Both the position numbers and the translations under genes were made by a program. DNA of 64,000 nucleotides from Tubulanus polymorphus (Eukaryota; Animalia; Nemertea): NCBI RefSeq assembly GCF_964204645.1, contig NC_134034.1:4624914-4688913 (forward strand). The letters are read 5' to 3'. Position 1 is the first letter of the stretch; each line of letters opens with the position of its first letter. Under the pieces are notes generated by a model. The model was not told the DNA's origin. It saw only the letters and a program-made list of their open reading frames with translations, and ran no database searches. Shown piece after piece: positions 51,798-63,539 of the stretch.

Positions 51798-54700
51798 ATG
51801 GAAGCAAATAAGTACTATCAATATAGATAAATCCCAAAAAGCAAGACACAATAAAACTAAAACACATTTAGAGAATAAATTGAAACTAGAATATAAAGAT
51901 GATATATTAGAAACTAAATTAGAAGAATTAAAGAATGAAAAAGAAACATATAAATGTGATACATGTAATCAATCATTCAGTGATAAAAGATATTATAATG
52001 AACATTTAAAATCTAAAAGTCATATTAGAAATAAGAATAATGATATTTTAGGTGAAGATTATTTTGATGAAGATAATGATAAGAAACAGAAGACAATTAA
52101 AAACATAAAAAATAAATTAAACAATAAAAGACCATACATGGAAGATGTAAGAAATTATATTAATTCATTAGATAATAAAAAAGATATAGAGATAACCGAA
52201 GCATTTAAAAGTGATATTGGCCCAGCAGCTATCGAGTTTAAATTTCATAAAGGAAAAACATTAGATGAAAATAAAAAACATTTAGAAAATATAAGAAATA
52301 AAGAAATAATAAAGATAATAACTGATGTTGAATACCCTAAAATTAGTATATCAGTTAAAGTAAAGTTTATAAAGTCTGAAGATAAACCAATATATAATAT
52401 AAATTCTCATTCACAACATATCTTATATAAACAACATATAGATGATAAATTAGATAAATGTTATAATGAAGTAAAAACTAAAATAGAAGAGAAATATTTT
52501 GAAGGATCTGGTTTAATATTTGATGAAATAATATTTATGACTTTACATGTTTATAACACAAAATATAATAAGTTAACTAAATCAATACCAATAGATGAAA
52601 ATAATGTATCATATTATAAAGAACCAGATATTGAAGCATCGAGTTATATTAAACTACCATTTAAAACTAATGCTGTAATAAATGTACAAAATGTTGATGA
52701 TAAATGTTTTCTATGGGCTATAATAAGTTGTTTACACCCAGTTGAAGATTATAAACAACATAGTTTTAGATTAACTCATTATAAACCATTTGAAAATAAT
52801 TATAAGATAGATAAGTATCCTGTTATAATTAAAAACGTCCCAAAAATAGAAAGAGATAATAATCTAAAAAATAAATGTATTTGATTTAATCAAATTACCA
52901 AATACAAAAGGTAACAATATAAAACATTATACATTAGAACCTTTATACCTATCAAAAGATTAGGATTCAAACGATGTTATAGATATACTATATTATGAGA
53001 ATCATTATATGTGGATTAAAAGAATTGATTTATTTTTTAAATCAGAAAATGATTTTGATAATAAAATATATCTATGTAGAAAATGTATAACTAAATTCAG
53101 AACTGAAAGTGCATTATTAAATCATAAACAATTATGTGAAAATCATGATTATTGTAAATTAGTTTTACCAAATGAAAAGGATAAAATATTAGAATTCAAA
53201 AAATATGATTATAAAAATAAAGTACCATTTGTAACATATGGAGATTTGGAATCATTAAATAAAGAATTAACTGATCAAGATAGAAAAGAAATATATTATA
53301 AAAGAAAGAAATTAAATTCTAATGAAAATGATTTTTCATATGAACCACCAAAAACAAATACTATTAAAAAGATTCATCAGTCAGCTGCTGCTTTCGGGTT
53401 ATATATAAAATCTGATTATCCAGAACTAATTGAAAGTGAATATTATGATTATAGAAATGAAAATGTTATCAATCATTTTTGTGACTTATTCATTGAATAT
53501 GAAATAAGATTTAGTATATTATTGAATACAAATATAGAAATTATAATGACAGAAGAAGATAAAGAAGAATTTGCGTTTGCAGATAAATGTTATTATTGTG
53601 AAAAGATATTTAATTATAAAGATAAAAAAGTAAGAGACCATGATCATTTGAACGGAAAGTTTAGAGGCGCTGCACATGAGAATTGTAACTTACAAGCTAA
53701 GAAAATTAATTTTGTACCAGTTATATTTCATAATCTATCAGGATATGATGCACATTTATTCATCAAACAGTTATGCCATAAAATAGAAGAAATTAATAAT
53801 GAAATAGAAAGATTAAATTAAAATAGGTCAAAAGATAAAATACCAAATAATAAATTTAGAATGTTAGCTAAAACTTCTGAGAATTATATATCGTTCCAAT
53901 TTGGTTGCCTAAGATTTATAGATTCATATAGATTTTTAAATAGTTCATTAGATAACTTATCAAAATCATTAGTTGATGATGAATTAAAAATATTAAAGCA
54001 ACACTACCCAAATAATGATGATTTTCAATTAATGAGATATAAAGGCGCAATTCCATATTCATTTTATAAATCACATAATGATTTCAAAATAACTGAATTA
54101 TTAAAAGAACAATTCTATGATGAATTAAAAAATGAATATGTTAAAGATGAAATCTATAATAGAACATTGAATATTTGGAATCATTTTGGAATGAAAAATC
54201 ATGGACAATTAGTAGATTTATATTTAAAATCAGATGTATTATTATTAACCGATATATTCGAAAGGTTTAGAGATGTAAACCTAAAATATTTTAATATTGA
54301 TCCTTGTCATTGTTATTCATCACCAGGTTTAACATGGGATTGTGGATTAAAATTTACAGATATAAAAATGGATTTGTTAACAAATATATATCAATTACTA
54401 TTATTTGAAAAATCTATAAGAGGAGGAGTTTCAGGTGTATTAGGTGATAGATATTTCAATGTAAATGATAACCCTGGATATAAGTTATTATATATAGATG
54501 CAAATAATCTATATGGTTGGGCAATGATGGAACCACAACCTTATGGAGTATTTGAATTAACTGAAGTTTTACAGAATGAAAATAATGATAAATTTGATTG
54601 GAAGAAAAGAATCCTAGATATTGCAGATGATTCAGATACTGGTTACTTTTTTGTTGTAGATTTAGAATATCCTGAAGATAAAAAATTTAAATCTAGAAAT

Positions 54701-55831
54701 CTAGCATACTGTCCCGAACATAAAACTGTAACTCATGAAGAACTATCAAATTATCAAAAAAGAATTAAACCCGAAAATCATATTCATACAGAAAAGTTAA
54801 AAGTAACTCAAGAAGATAAATATAATTATGTAGTGCATTATAGAATGTTAAAGTTTTATCTAAAACAAGGGATGGTTCTAAAAAAAGTACATAGATATAT
54901 TTCATTTAGTCAATCTAAGTGGTTAGAAAAATATATAGATTTTAACACCAAACAGAGAACTGAAGCTAAAACTGATTTCGAGAAAGATTTCTTCAAGTTA
55001 ATGAATAATGCATTCTATGGTAAGACTTGTGAAAATATTAGAAATAGAAATGATATTGAGTTAGTCAGTAATGGTAAAAGAATTGGACATTTACAATCAT
55101 ATCCTAAGTTTTTAGGTAACAGAATATTTGATGAAAATTTAGCTGCAGTTGAAATGAGAAGAACATCAATGAAATTTAATAAACCAATCTATGTTGGCGC
55201 TTCAGTTTTAGAAATATCAAAATTACTAATGTATGAATTCTATTATAATGTATTACAACCACTTTTTGGAGAAAAACATATAGAAATACTATATTTTGAT
55301 ACAGATTCTTACATATTAAAGATAAAAACTGATAACATAACAGATGATTTAAAAATATTAAAACATCATTTTGATTTTAGTAACTATCCTAAAGATCATG
55401 AATTGTTTAGCAATGATAATAAAAAAGTTCCTGGTAAATTCAAAGATGAATTAGGCGGTGAAGAAATGATTGAATTCATTGCTATTAGATCTAAAATGTA
55501 TTCATATAAAACTAAAGAACATGAAGCTAAAAAGTTAAAAGGAATAACCAAAAGTGTAGTAGAAAAGAATATTCTTTTCAAAGATTACATCAATTGTATA
55601 TTCAATGAAGAAGTTAGAAAACATAAAATGAGATGTTTAAGATCTGAAGATCATGAAATGTTTATTGAAGAAATTGAAAAGATAAGTCTAAACCCATTTG
55701 ATGATAAAAGATATATTTTAGATGATGGAATTCATACAGTTGCTTATGGATGTAATTTAGATGAATACTTAAAATTTAAAAGAGAAGAAACAAAAGTAAA
55801 CGAGATAATGAAAAGAATTCTAACGTGTTAA
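51798..55831 (+). pseudogene. polB: Intein-free protein-primed DNA polymerase B with zinc fingers and endonuclease VII-like domain (small 5' deletion, +1 frameshift at ~52870, TAA at 53819)
   Basis: ORFs 51880-52884, 53009-53821 and 53861-55831: TYGDLES, RDHDH..RGAAH..CNL, HNLSGYD, YLKSDV, YIDANNLYG (motif A), KLMNNAFYGK (B), YFDTDS (C), PGKFKDE, RSKMY, KGI, DDKR. Confidence 0.95.
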
Positions 55832-55927
55832 TCAAATTTTAATAAAAATATGTTATTAAAATGGAGAGTAAACAAGCGCACAGTGAGAACAACAAATCAT
55901 TTCTAGATAGAATAAAAGATACTTCAA

Positions 55928-56209
55928 ATGTCAATAGATTATAAATTCAAAAAGTTAACAGAATTAACAATCCATAAGAAATATCTAATTACAGATATTG
56001 TTACAGTTACTAATAACTATGGAGATAAATTAGTTATACACTTAGAATATGAAGGATTAAAAGGAAATACATATAAATTCAGAACATATTTACCAGATAG
56101 ATTTCATAGATTATCAAGTGAAGACTTAGAAGAATTATGTTCTGGAGATTTCTATTTCGTATACAAAGGTAAGAATGAAAAGGGGCACCATGAAATAGAT
56201 TTCGAATAA
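55928..56209 (+). CDS. Small conserved Polinton protein (possible OB-fold ssDNA-binding protein); homolog in copy C ~47200-47478
   Basis: Open 93-aa ORF conserved between copies (FKKLTE..Y.I..YG.KLVIHLEYEG..FRTYLPD.F..Y.G). The fold is inferred only. Confidence 0.6.
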   Translation: MSIDYKFKKLTELTIHKKYLITDIVTVTNNYGDKLVIHLEYEGLKGNTYKFRTYLPDRFHRLSSEDLEELCSGDFYFVYKGKNEKGHHEIDFE

Positions 56210-56226
56210 GAAAATATGTAAAATAA

Positions 56227-56985
56227 ATGGTGGAATTAAAAGAATACAGAATATTTGTTGATTCAAGAAAACTTACTAATTATAAATCTCATAATTTATT
56301 AGTACAATTAGATAGAGAATATAAAAATTGCGTAAATTTAAAATTAGTTAATATAAGTTTATGTAATTCTTTTTACAATATATCGAATAAAACTATTGAA
56401 CATAATACTTTTTTAATTCATATCAGAAATATAAATAAATGGTTTCATCTATTTTTAAAACCAGGATTATATAATTTAGAAACATTAGCACAAGAAATTA
56501 ACAGAAGAGCACGGTTGAAAATTAGAAAAGATGATAAATTTTTAATATGATTTATAAAAAGTGATAGCACAAATAAAATTAAAATAAAGGTATATGATGA
56601 AAGTCAACATGCATTTATAGTAAAAAAACCATTAGCTAAATTGCTAGGAATTGCACCAGATGTTGTTACAGTAAACGTAGAAGGCATTTCAAATATAATA
56701 CCTTTTACGCACTTTTATATTTATTGCAATTTAATTGATCCTACAAAAACATTTGAAGCAACTAAAGATACAATTTGTAATTCTAGTATATTAAATATTT
56801 TACCATTAAAGAATGTTAAACAATTTGGAACTCAAATAAATTATAATTTAACAGAATGTGATTTCAAACCTTGCATTCCTCAATTTAATAATTTTAAATT
56901 AGAAATAAGAAATCATAATGGATATTTAATTGATTTGAATAACTTTCCTGTGATATATGAATTAGTTATAAGATGTAGAGAGTAA
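56227..56985 (+). pseudogene. Minor capsid (penton-like single jelly-roll) protein, one in-frame TGA at 56548-56550
   Basis: ORFs 56227-56550 and 56641-56985 share a frame with no other stop; IFVDSR, NSFYNI, PGLYN..L, LLGI, YIYCNLI, ILNILPL..FG, LEIRN..LIDLNN. Confidence 0.75.
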
Positions 56986-57001
56986 TTTTTTCATTATATA
57001 A

Positions 57002-57358
57002 ATGAATATAACTGTTGGACCGAGTATATGTTTTGGGTTTGATTTTAAACGTGAGAAAGAAATGAAATTTAACGTTAATGATGTAATTACACATATTAAA
57101 AATATTGCATTTTCTAATGAAACAACATTTGAGTATGAAACAACAATAGATAAAGAAACTTTAAATGTAGAAAAGATTACTAATTTAATTAGAGAATCTT
57201 TAAGATTTTATGAATTAGATGAAGATTTCATTATTGATGATATTAAAAGAATAATAACTGAAATATATGAAAATGAAACTAATAATACCATAAATGTTGA
57301 AATAATTATAACTAAGATAAATGAATATTTTGAAGATAGTAATTTTTTTGATAAATAA
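57002..57358 (+). CDS. Hypothetical acidic protein of copy B
   Basis: Open 118-aa ORF tightly packed between neighbours, with the element's TAAATG start context. Confidence 0.55.
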   Translation: MNITVGPSICFGFDFKREKEMKFNVNDVITHIKNIAFSNETTFEYETTIDKETLNVEKITNLIRESLRFYELDEDFIIDDIKRIITEIYENETNNTINVEIIITKINEYFEDSNFFDK

Positions 57359-57580
57359 ATGAGTGATAATAAGTGGATGATAACTGGATTATATAATGGA
57401 GCATTACTATCAGTTGGAACTGTTGGTTATTCAATGGAATTAAAAAAAGTATTTAAAATGGGAAGTGTTAATGTTGATAGATTTGATATAAATGATATTT
57501 TAAAGTTAACATTAGCAGTTACTTTATCTAATTTAACTATTGATTATTTGGAAAAACAAAAATATATTCCTCCCATATAA
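57359..57580 (+). CDS. Small hydrophobic Polinton protein
   Basis: 73 aa with two hydrophobic segments and a DYLEKQKYIP end; abuts the previous stop. Confidence 0.65.
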   Translation: MSDNKWMITGLYNGALLSVGTVGYSMELKKVFKMGSVNVDRFDINDILKLTLAVTLSNLTIDYLEKQKYIPPI

Positions 57581-57604
57581 ATGCATAATTATTTTGCTAA
57601 ATAA

Positions 57605-57855
57605 ATGGCTTCTGCAATTATAACTATTATAGGATCGGCATTTGTTAACGCTTTGGCATTTACTGGTGGTGGTAATTTATTTAAGCATATTGATAAAAAT
57701 AGTTCATTAGGGAAACAAAGAAGACATAACTTATCGTTAGAAAAATATAATAAAGCAGCAGAAGAATATAGAGAAAAGAGACAAAATTATATGGATTATA
57801 TTAATAAGGAATTATATAATTAGAACATTTCACACCGAGATTTTCAATCAGTCGA
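57605..57855 (+). CDS. Small Polinton protein with a Gly/Ala-rich hydrophobic N-terminus plus coiled coil (premature TAG at 57821-57823 likely)
   Basis: MASAIITIIGSAFVNALAFTGG..LF...RRHN..LEKY...EKRQ..DYIN resembles a recurrent small gene of invertebrate Polintons (recognised from memory). Confidence 0.6.
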
Positions 57856-57859
57856 ATTT

Positions 57860-58970
57860 AGCATTCACGCTGAAATCATACAAGCCAGTTACTCACACAT
57901 ACATTTGAGTTAGTAGGTTAGGTAACAAAATTACTGATTGTAGGAACCATTTTAGCTGTTGTGATGTACTATTGATATTTTCAACATTGACAAAGAAATT
58001 AATGTGTCATGATACAGACATGGGTACTTCTAATGTATTGAAGCAGCTTAGGTATTCAATAGTGAACAAAGACATCATCAGCAAAAAAGAGTAAAGTAAC
58101 TCAATAGAAATAGACGAATAGTGGACGAATATTTGTTCAGCAAAAGTAGAGTAAAGTAACTCAACAGGAATAGTTTGAATAAGGTAATACTCCCCGAGTT
58201 AATGTACAGAGCATTCGTTGTTTGACAATTCTGGAAATATGCAACCATTAAAATTATTGAAGGGATATCATATAGTCACTAACATTAATGCTTGCCTGTA
58301 AACTCGATCAGGACTCATATAAGTTACTCACTTCTTCGAGCTGTGACATTGTACTTTGACCTACACTACTCAAAATTGAATCAGTTAGGCCTACTTATAG
58401 TCACAAGATTAATTCATTAATTATTTTACATAGTAATCGTAAACAATCAATGAATTAGAGCCCGGAAATGAAAATTTCAAAACAACTTCTGCTGACCCTG
58501 ACCTTTGACCTACAGGAACCAACATATAATCAGTTATCTATTTGCTCTAGGACAATCCATCAATTTAATTTCACCAAGTTATCTTTAACCATTTATCTGT
58601 TATAGCCCGGAAATGAAAATAGCAAAATACCTTCTGGTGACCTTGACCTTAGACCTACGGGACCCGATATCTAAGCAGTCACTGAAGGTCTCTAGGGTAA
58701 CCTATCCGTAAAATTTCAGCAAGTAATCTTAAATCATTCATGAGTAAGAGCCCGGAAATTAGAAATACAAAACAGCTCCTGGTGACCTCGACTTTTGACC
58801 CACAGGTTCCAAAATCTAATCAGTTACTAACCTCATCTAGTACAACACAGATATTAAATTTCAGGAAAATCTGTCAAAGGGTTTGGGTGCTAGGGCACGG
58901 AAACCACTGCGGACGGACGGACGACGAAGTGAATATAGTATGCCCCCCACAACGCGTTGAGGGGGCATAA
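57860..58970. repeat. Foreign insert in copy B, including a non-autonomous Helentron/HINE-like repeat (~58450-58970)
   Basis: ~150-bp tandem cores with GCCCGGAAAT and GACC(T)TGACCTTTGACC, a GGAC microsatellite, and a terminal hairpin TATGCCCCC...GGGGGCATAA. Confidence 0.6.
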
Positions 58971-59558
58971 CAATCAATTATTAAGATTGGACCATAAACA
59001 GTTTTTTCATCAGATGATTATAATTTATTTACGCATTATAAAGATTTATGGTTAACAAAAGAAAATAGAAATAATATGATATTTCAAGGCATCCAATCAG
59101 AAAACCAAAATAAATTAAGATCTGAAGCACATAATGCAGTAGTAACTAATGACGTAGATAATTTAATAAAAAAGATTTATGGAAGCAAATATAAAATTCC
59201 ATTAGACTTTGAATTGATCAATAATAATGCACCTTTATTAAAATATGCAATACAAGAAGATATTATATTCGAAATAACATTTGCTCCTGTTAATGAAATT
59301 GTATTATCTAGCGTTGTCAAAGATATGGATTACCAAATATATGTTTAGAATATGACACAGTAACTGATGGAAATATTGCTAACACAAACTAAAATACAAT
59401 CAAAATACAATAACACAAAACACAAAATACAATCAAGGATTTTAATTATCATATGATTATATTGATAAATAAAAAACTTTAACTATTAATGCACATGATG
59501 AAATAATTAATGAGAATATTAACTTCCCAAGAAAATATATTAAAGGTATATTAATACT
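58971..59558 (+). pseudogene. Major capsid protein (double jelly-roll) fragment of copy B
   Basis: DDYNLFTHYKDLWLTKENRNNMIFQGIQSEN..KLRS...YGSKYKIPLDF...P......I.FEITFAP...CLEYDTVTD...NINFPRK.IKGILIL resembles invertebrate Polinton MCPs. Same composition as copy B. Confidence 0.7.
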
Positions 59559-59739
59559 TCTACCATTGCGACATATTCTAAACTAGCTGTGAGATCACAT
59601 GCATAACCTATATACACCATACAACAAAGGTCATGCCACACCTAACCTGCACCTGAAGTCGTGTGTAACATTTGGCATACATCATCACCATCTAACGTGA
59701 TCAGTGTAAACTGTGTGTAAACCATGCTCATTTGTTGTA

Positions 59740-60190
59740 TATGACCTGAACATGTCTCGGGGCGCTTCGATTTTTCAATCGGACAGTACATCCTGTCGTT
59801 TGTCACATTTAAGATAAGTTTATCTTAAAGTCAAGTCCGTATGGGACCATCATAACGAAGCCTACGAGTCAACCATGAGATAGCTCAATCCTGCCAATTT
59901 AGGCGCTTTCGGCAGATTTAATAAAACGTACGAGCAACATGGTAATTTACGAATTTCTTCTCTTATTTCAGCACCCGTCGCGACGTAAAGAACAAAGTTC
60001 ATGCCGTAATAGGCAACGTCGCCGATCAGTGTTAACTTGTGTGTAGACCATAAAACCTGAACATCGCTCGGGGCGCTTCGGTTTTTCAATCGGACAGTAT
60101 CCTATCGTTTGCCACATTTAATTTTAGACTATTATAAAATTAGGTCCGAATGGGACCATCATAACAAAGCCTACGGGTCAATCATCGAGC
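59740..60190 (-). repeat. Local duplications, including a copy of the GPCR 3' end (59928-60020)
   Basis: 59745-59880 matches 60056-60190; 59928-60020 matches 60281-60373 (TM7-helix 8 coding sequence). Confidence 0.75.
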
Positions 60191-60263
60191 TGAAAACGCC
60201 GATAATGTTCCAATACAGCAGTTAGAAAAAGCTTTGTTTCTTTCTTTTTTTGTGTATTACATA

Positions 60264-61346
60264 TCAATTCTGCCAATTGCCGTACGAGCAACATGGTAAT
60301 TTACGAAGTTCTCTTCTTATTTCAGCACCCGTCGCGATGTAAAGAAAAAAGTTAATGCCGTAATTAGCAACGTAAACCAAGACAAACAAATCACTGAGAA
60401 CCTTTACATACGGTATATTCGATTTATATACTTCTGTACTTTGCATTATCCAATGAGGCGCGCATAGCAATAAAAACGAGAATGTTACAACTAAAGTCAT
60501 TAGAATAATAACTCTATTTGTTTTCGTCCCTTTTTTCTCCGCTTGTTCACTTCTACGACCAGTAAATTTTCTAAACCGAAGAACAACGAGCAAAAGCATG
60601 TTAACTATCAGGATGATAGTCGCCGGTACGTAAAATATCGTGAAAGAATAAGCAAGTGTCAATATGCCACTCAGATACTCATAATTCATCAAAACACATA
60701 GATTTTGAGATGGCGAGAACCTTACACTAAAGAACTGTATAAACCCAGAAGGCATACAACCCAACGTTGTTAATAATGCTATGATTCTGGCGGTTTTTAC
60801 TTTGTTTAAACGTCTAGTTAAAAATGGATAAGACACACAAGCGAGGCGCTCGATAGATACCACAGCAATAAACCAAGAAGACATATTCTGAAAAACGTGC
60901 ATTGCATAATTCATTACTATACAAGCGGCCGTCGAGCGAAATTTGACGATGATGTTAAAGCCCATACATTTAAACAAGAAGTTCACCCAAAATATAAGTC
61001 TACCGACAAGCACAAACGAATCAGTTATAGCGAGAACAGAAAAATACACTGAATACGTTCGGCTACGCAGTTTTATTTGCATCATTAATAATGTCATTAT
61101 ATTTCCGAGAAGCCCAACGAATACAATGAGAGGTAAAACGACTAATGTAAACCAGTACTGCGTTGGTCTCATATCGCCAACACTGGTCGTAAATCTATTT
61201 TCGATTTCTGCCGTCCAGTAAGCGAAATCATAGTACGTAATATTTTCCATTGATACGCAGTTACGCAGCTTTGATATGTTTCCACGCAGACTTATGTTAC
61301 AACAATTCTCGCATTTAGACCATGTCGTATCATTTATATCATTCAC
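60264..61346 (-). CDS. Intronless rhodopsin-class GPCR (FMRFamide-receptor-like)
   Basis: GLLGN, LAITDS, VSIERL.CVSYPF, CAP in TM6, NYGINFFLY...EIRREL..CC. The start codon is uncertain (GTG in the track). Confidence 0.9.
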   Translation of the reverse strand: MNDINDTTWSKCENCCNISLRGNISKLRNCVSMENITYYDFAYWTAEIENRFTTSVGDMRPTQYWFTLVVLPLIVFVGLLGNIMTLLMMQIKLRSRTYSVYFSVLAITDSFVLVGRLIFWVNFLFKCMGFNIIVKFRSTAACIVMNYAMHVFQNMSSWFIAVVSIERLACVSYPFLTRRLNKVKTARIIALLTTLGCMPSGFIQFFSVRFSPSQNLCVLMNYEYLSGILTLAYSFTIFYVPATIILIVNMLLLVVLRFRKFTGRRSEQAEKKGTKTNRVIILMTLVVTFSFLLLCAPHWIMQSTEVYKSNIPYVKVLSDLFVLVYVANYGINFFLYIATGAEIRRELRKLPCCSYGNWQN

Positions 61347-62639
61347 CCACCTTTCCTATTCAGTGTAAAAAAATCAATCAAGCCTTTTGTTAATCTTAAT
61401 TTTTTATTATGAATGCTGATCGCAAGAGAGGAGAAAATTGATGAATGCCTTGAATAGAATCGTTTTAGTGAGAGGAAAATATCAGGTACAAAATAATCGA
61501 CTTACGTGTGCATAGCCAGCATGAGCATGAAGCTTTTCTAATGTCTTCAAATTAATTCCCAGGTCATGGGAATAGCTGTAAAACAACTAGCAATACCAAC
61601 AAGTAAAACGCCAAAATTCGAATTATCGGTTTTACAGAGACTTATGTAACGCACTTCCTGATGGTATTGGCAACGTGCGTGCGTGTGAACGAACTGAAAT
61701 TATAACGAACTAAAAATAAAATACAATATATACTGTTAATCAAGACGTGACAGATGATTATATAGCAATGATATGTTACTACGAACCAAACCTAACCGAT
61801 TATCACCCAAGTTTTACCAATTCCAATTATATTATGAACCAAATACCAACTCAAAAATTAACAATACTAGTTACAAAATATGAACTTTTATAGGTGCATT
61901 GTTTTCTGAATAATCTTATCTAACAACTTTGGTTGAAAGATAATCAACAGAGTCCAAATAACAAATCGCGCTGTCGTACTCCAACACCTCGCTCCTCGAA
62001 TAATTACGAAAACATCAAGATTCTGTTCTAATCACCAACGCCAGAAAAATACACGGATTTAGTATGACAAATCAATAGTCTCTGGTAGTAGAAGACAAAT
62101 CACAACGATCACGAATCAGCCTTTAGGTGAATCATATTTCACACATCATTCCTCCGCAATAATGATGAACGCGAAATTCCAATCACTACTCCGAGCGTAA
62201 TAAAATCTGTACACATGGCAAATACAATGTATCTACACAAAGTCGTAGAAATCGCGGTTTAAATCTTACGAAACTGCTAGTTGCTCTGAAATTCTGCTTT
62301 ATACACTTCTGGTACGTATGCAATCCAACTAGCAATTACTTCTCTACTGTATAATGATGAAAGTACTATATCCAACAATCCAGCTTCACGGATGTGAATA
62401 AAATCCGTTAAATAATCCATGACGGATCAAATTAAACTTGATAAAACAGCGATAAAATAACTATTCATTCTTTGACAGGGAAAAACTAAAATTAACAGAG
62501 CTGTGTGGCAACCCGTGATACTATTGAAACCAAATCAAATCTGGCTCACCGAAACGGCTCAACCCCAGTATCCGGTTAAGTAGTCACAAGACTTTTCAAC
62601 GATAAACGAATTGCTACGCGGTGCAGTAAGTCAAAAATA

Positions 62640-63165
62640 TTTGAACAACATCGCCAACATCGTTACAACGTCAACATCGTCAACAGCGTGAACAACGTCA
62701 ACATCGTCAGCATCGTCAACGCCATCACTATCGTCAACATCGTAAACAACATCAACATTGCCAACACAGTCAACAACGTCAACATCCCCAACATCGTCAG
62801 TATCGTTAGTTTGACAAAATTTGGAAAATGTTAAACGATTTTTACACTTCAATCCCCATGGTCATCGATTACGAATAATTCACGAAATACGTACTACGAG
62901 TGAACGCTATTAAAGATTTGGTTTCAATATTCCCATCTACAGAGTTGTCTGGGTTTAGTGTGACCTATAGTGTTTCAAACATTCCCCTCTATAGAGTTTT
63001 CTGGGATAGTGGGGTGTGTATTGAGTCAATATTCCCCTCTATAGGGATGTTAGCGATGTTGACGTTGTTGACGATTGACGATGTTGGCGATGTTGACGGT
63101 GTTGACGATGCTGGCGATGTTGACGATGTTAACAATGTTGACGAGGTTTTGACGATGTTTACGAT
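62640..63165. repeat. Inverted arrays of a 9-bp unit (AACATCGTC)n ... (GACGATGTT)n; foldback-like
   Basis: 62645-62805 and 63047-63165 are complementary arrays flanking ~240 bp. Confidence 0.75.
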
Positions 63166-63539
63166 AGGATAAAATCCAGGGCCGAATTACTGCTTTTATG
63201 ATGTTGTACGTTTCCACCTTAAGAACTATTTTACCGGATACTCGAGTTGAAGAGTTCACAGGATGTAACATGCCCTTGAAAGTAATTCGGAGAAATCTAA
63301 GTAGCACTCAGCAATAGAGTAAAATAGTTCATACTCAAAATAATATAAAATGTACTACCAAGTGTGGATTTTTGTGATGAAAAGATAAAGGTAACTATGA
63401 GTCATACCTCGATTTAACGCCCCTCCCCCCATTCACCACCAACCTCGCCTACCGCCTGGATTTCATGGAAAACAAAACATTCGTATCTAAAATGTACCGG
63501 AAAAACACCGCCACCGCCAACGTAATCTCCTAGTACAAT

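Larger units (their letters stand above)
51317..59560 (+). mobile_element. Polinton/Maverick (adintovirus-like) element, copy B; right part deleted
   Basis: Starts AGTAGTAGTAATAGGGG; then terminal palindrome, pPolB, small ORF, penton, three small ORFs, a foreign insert and a major capsid fragment. No integrase, ATPase or protease gene and no right TIR were seen. Confidence 0.92.

Noticed and set aside
178-56550. Alternative genetic code or stop readthrough in the Polinton genes
   Set aside because: In-frame stops are mixed (TGA at 820 and 56548; TAA at 178 and 53819) and occur alongside frameshifts, so decay or sequencing error is simpler.
62631-63307. Asp/Val-rich or Asn/Ile-rich proteins in the ORF track
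   Set aside because: Translations of the 9-bp minisatellite.
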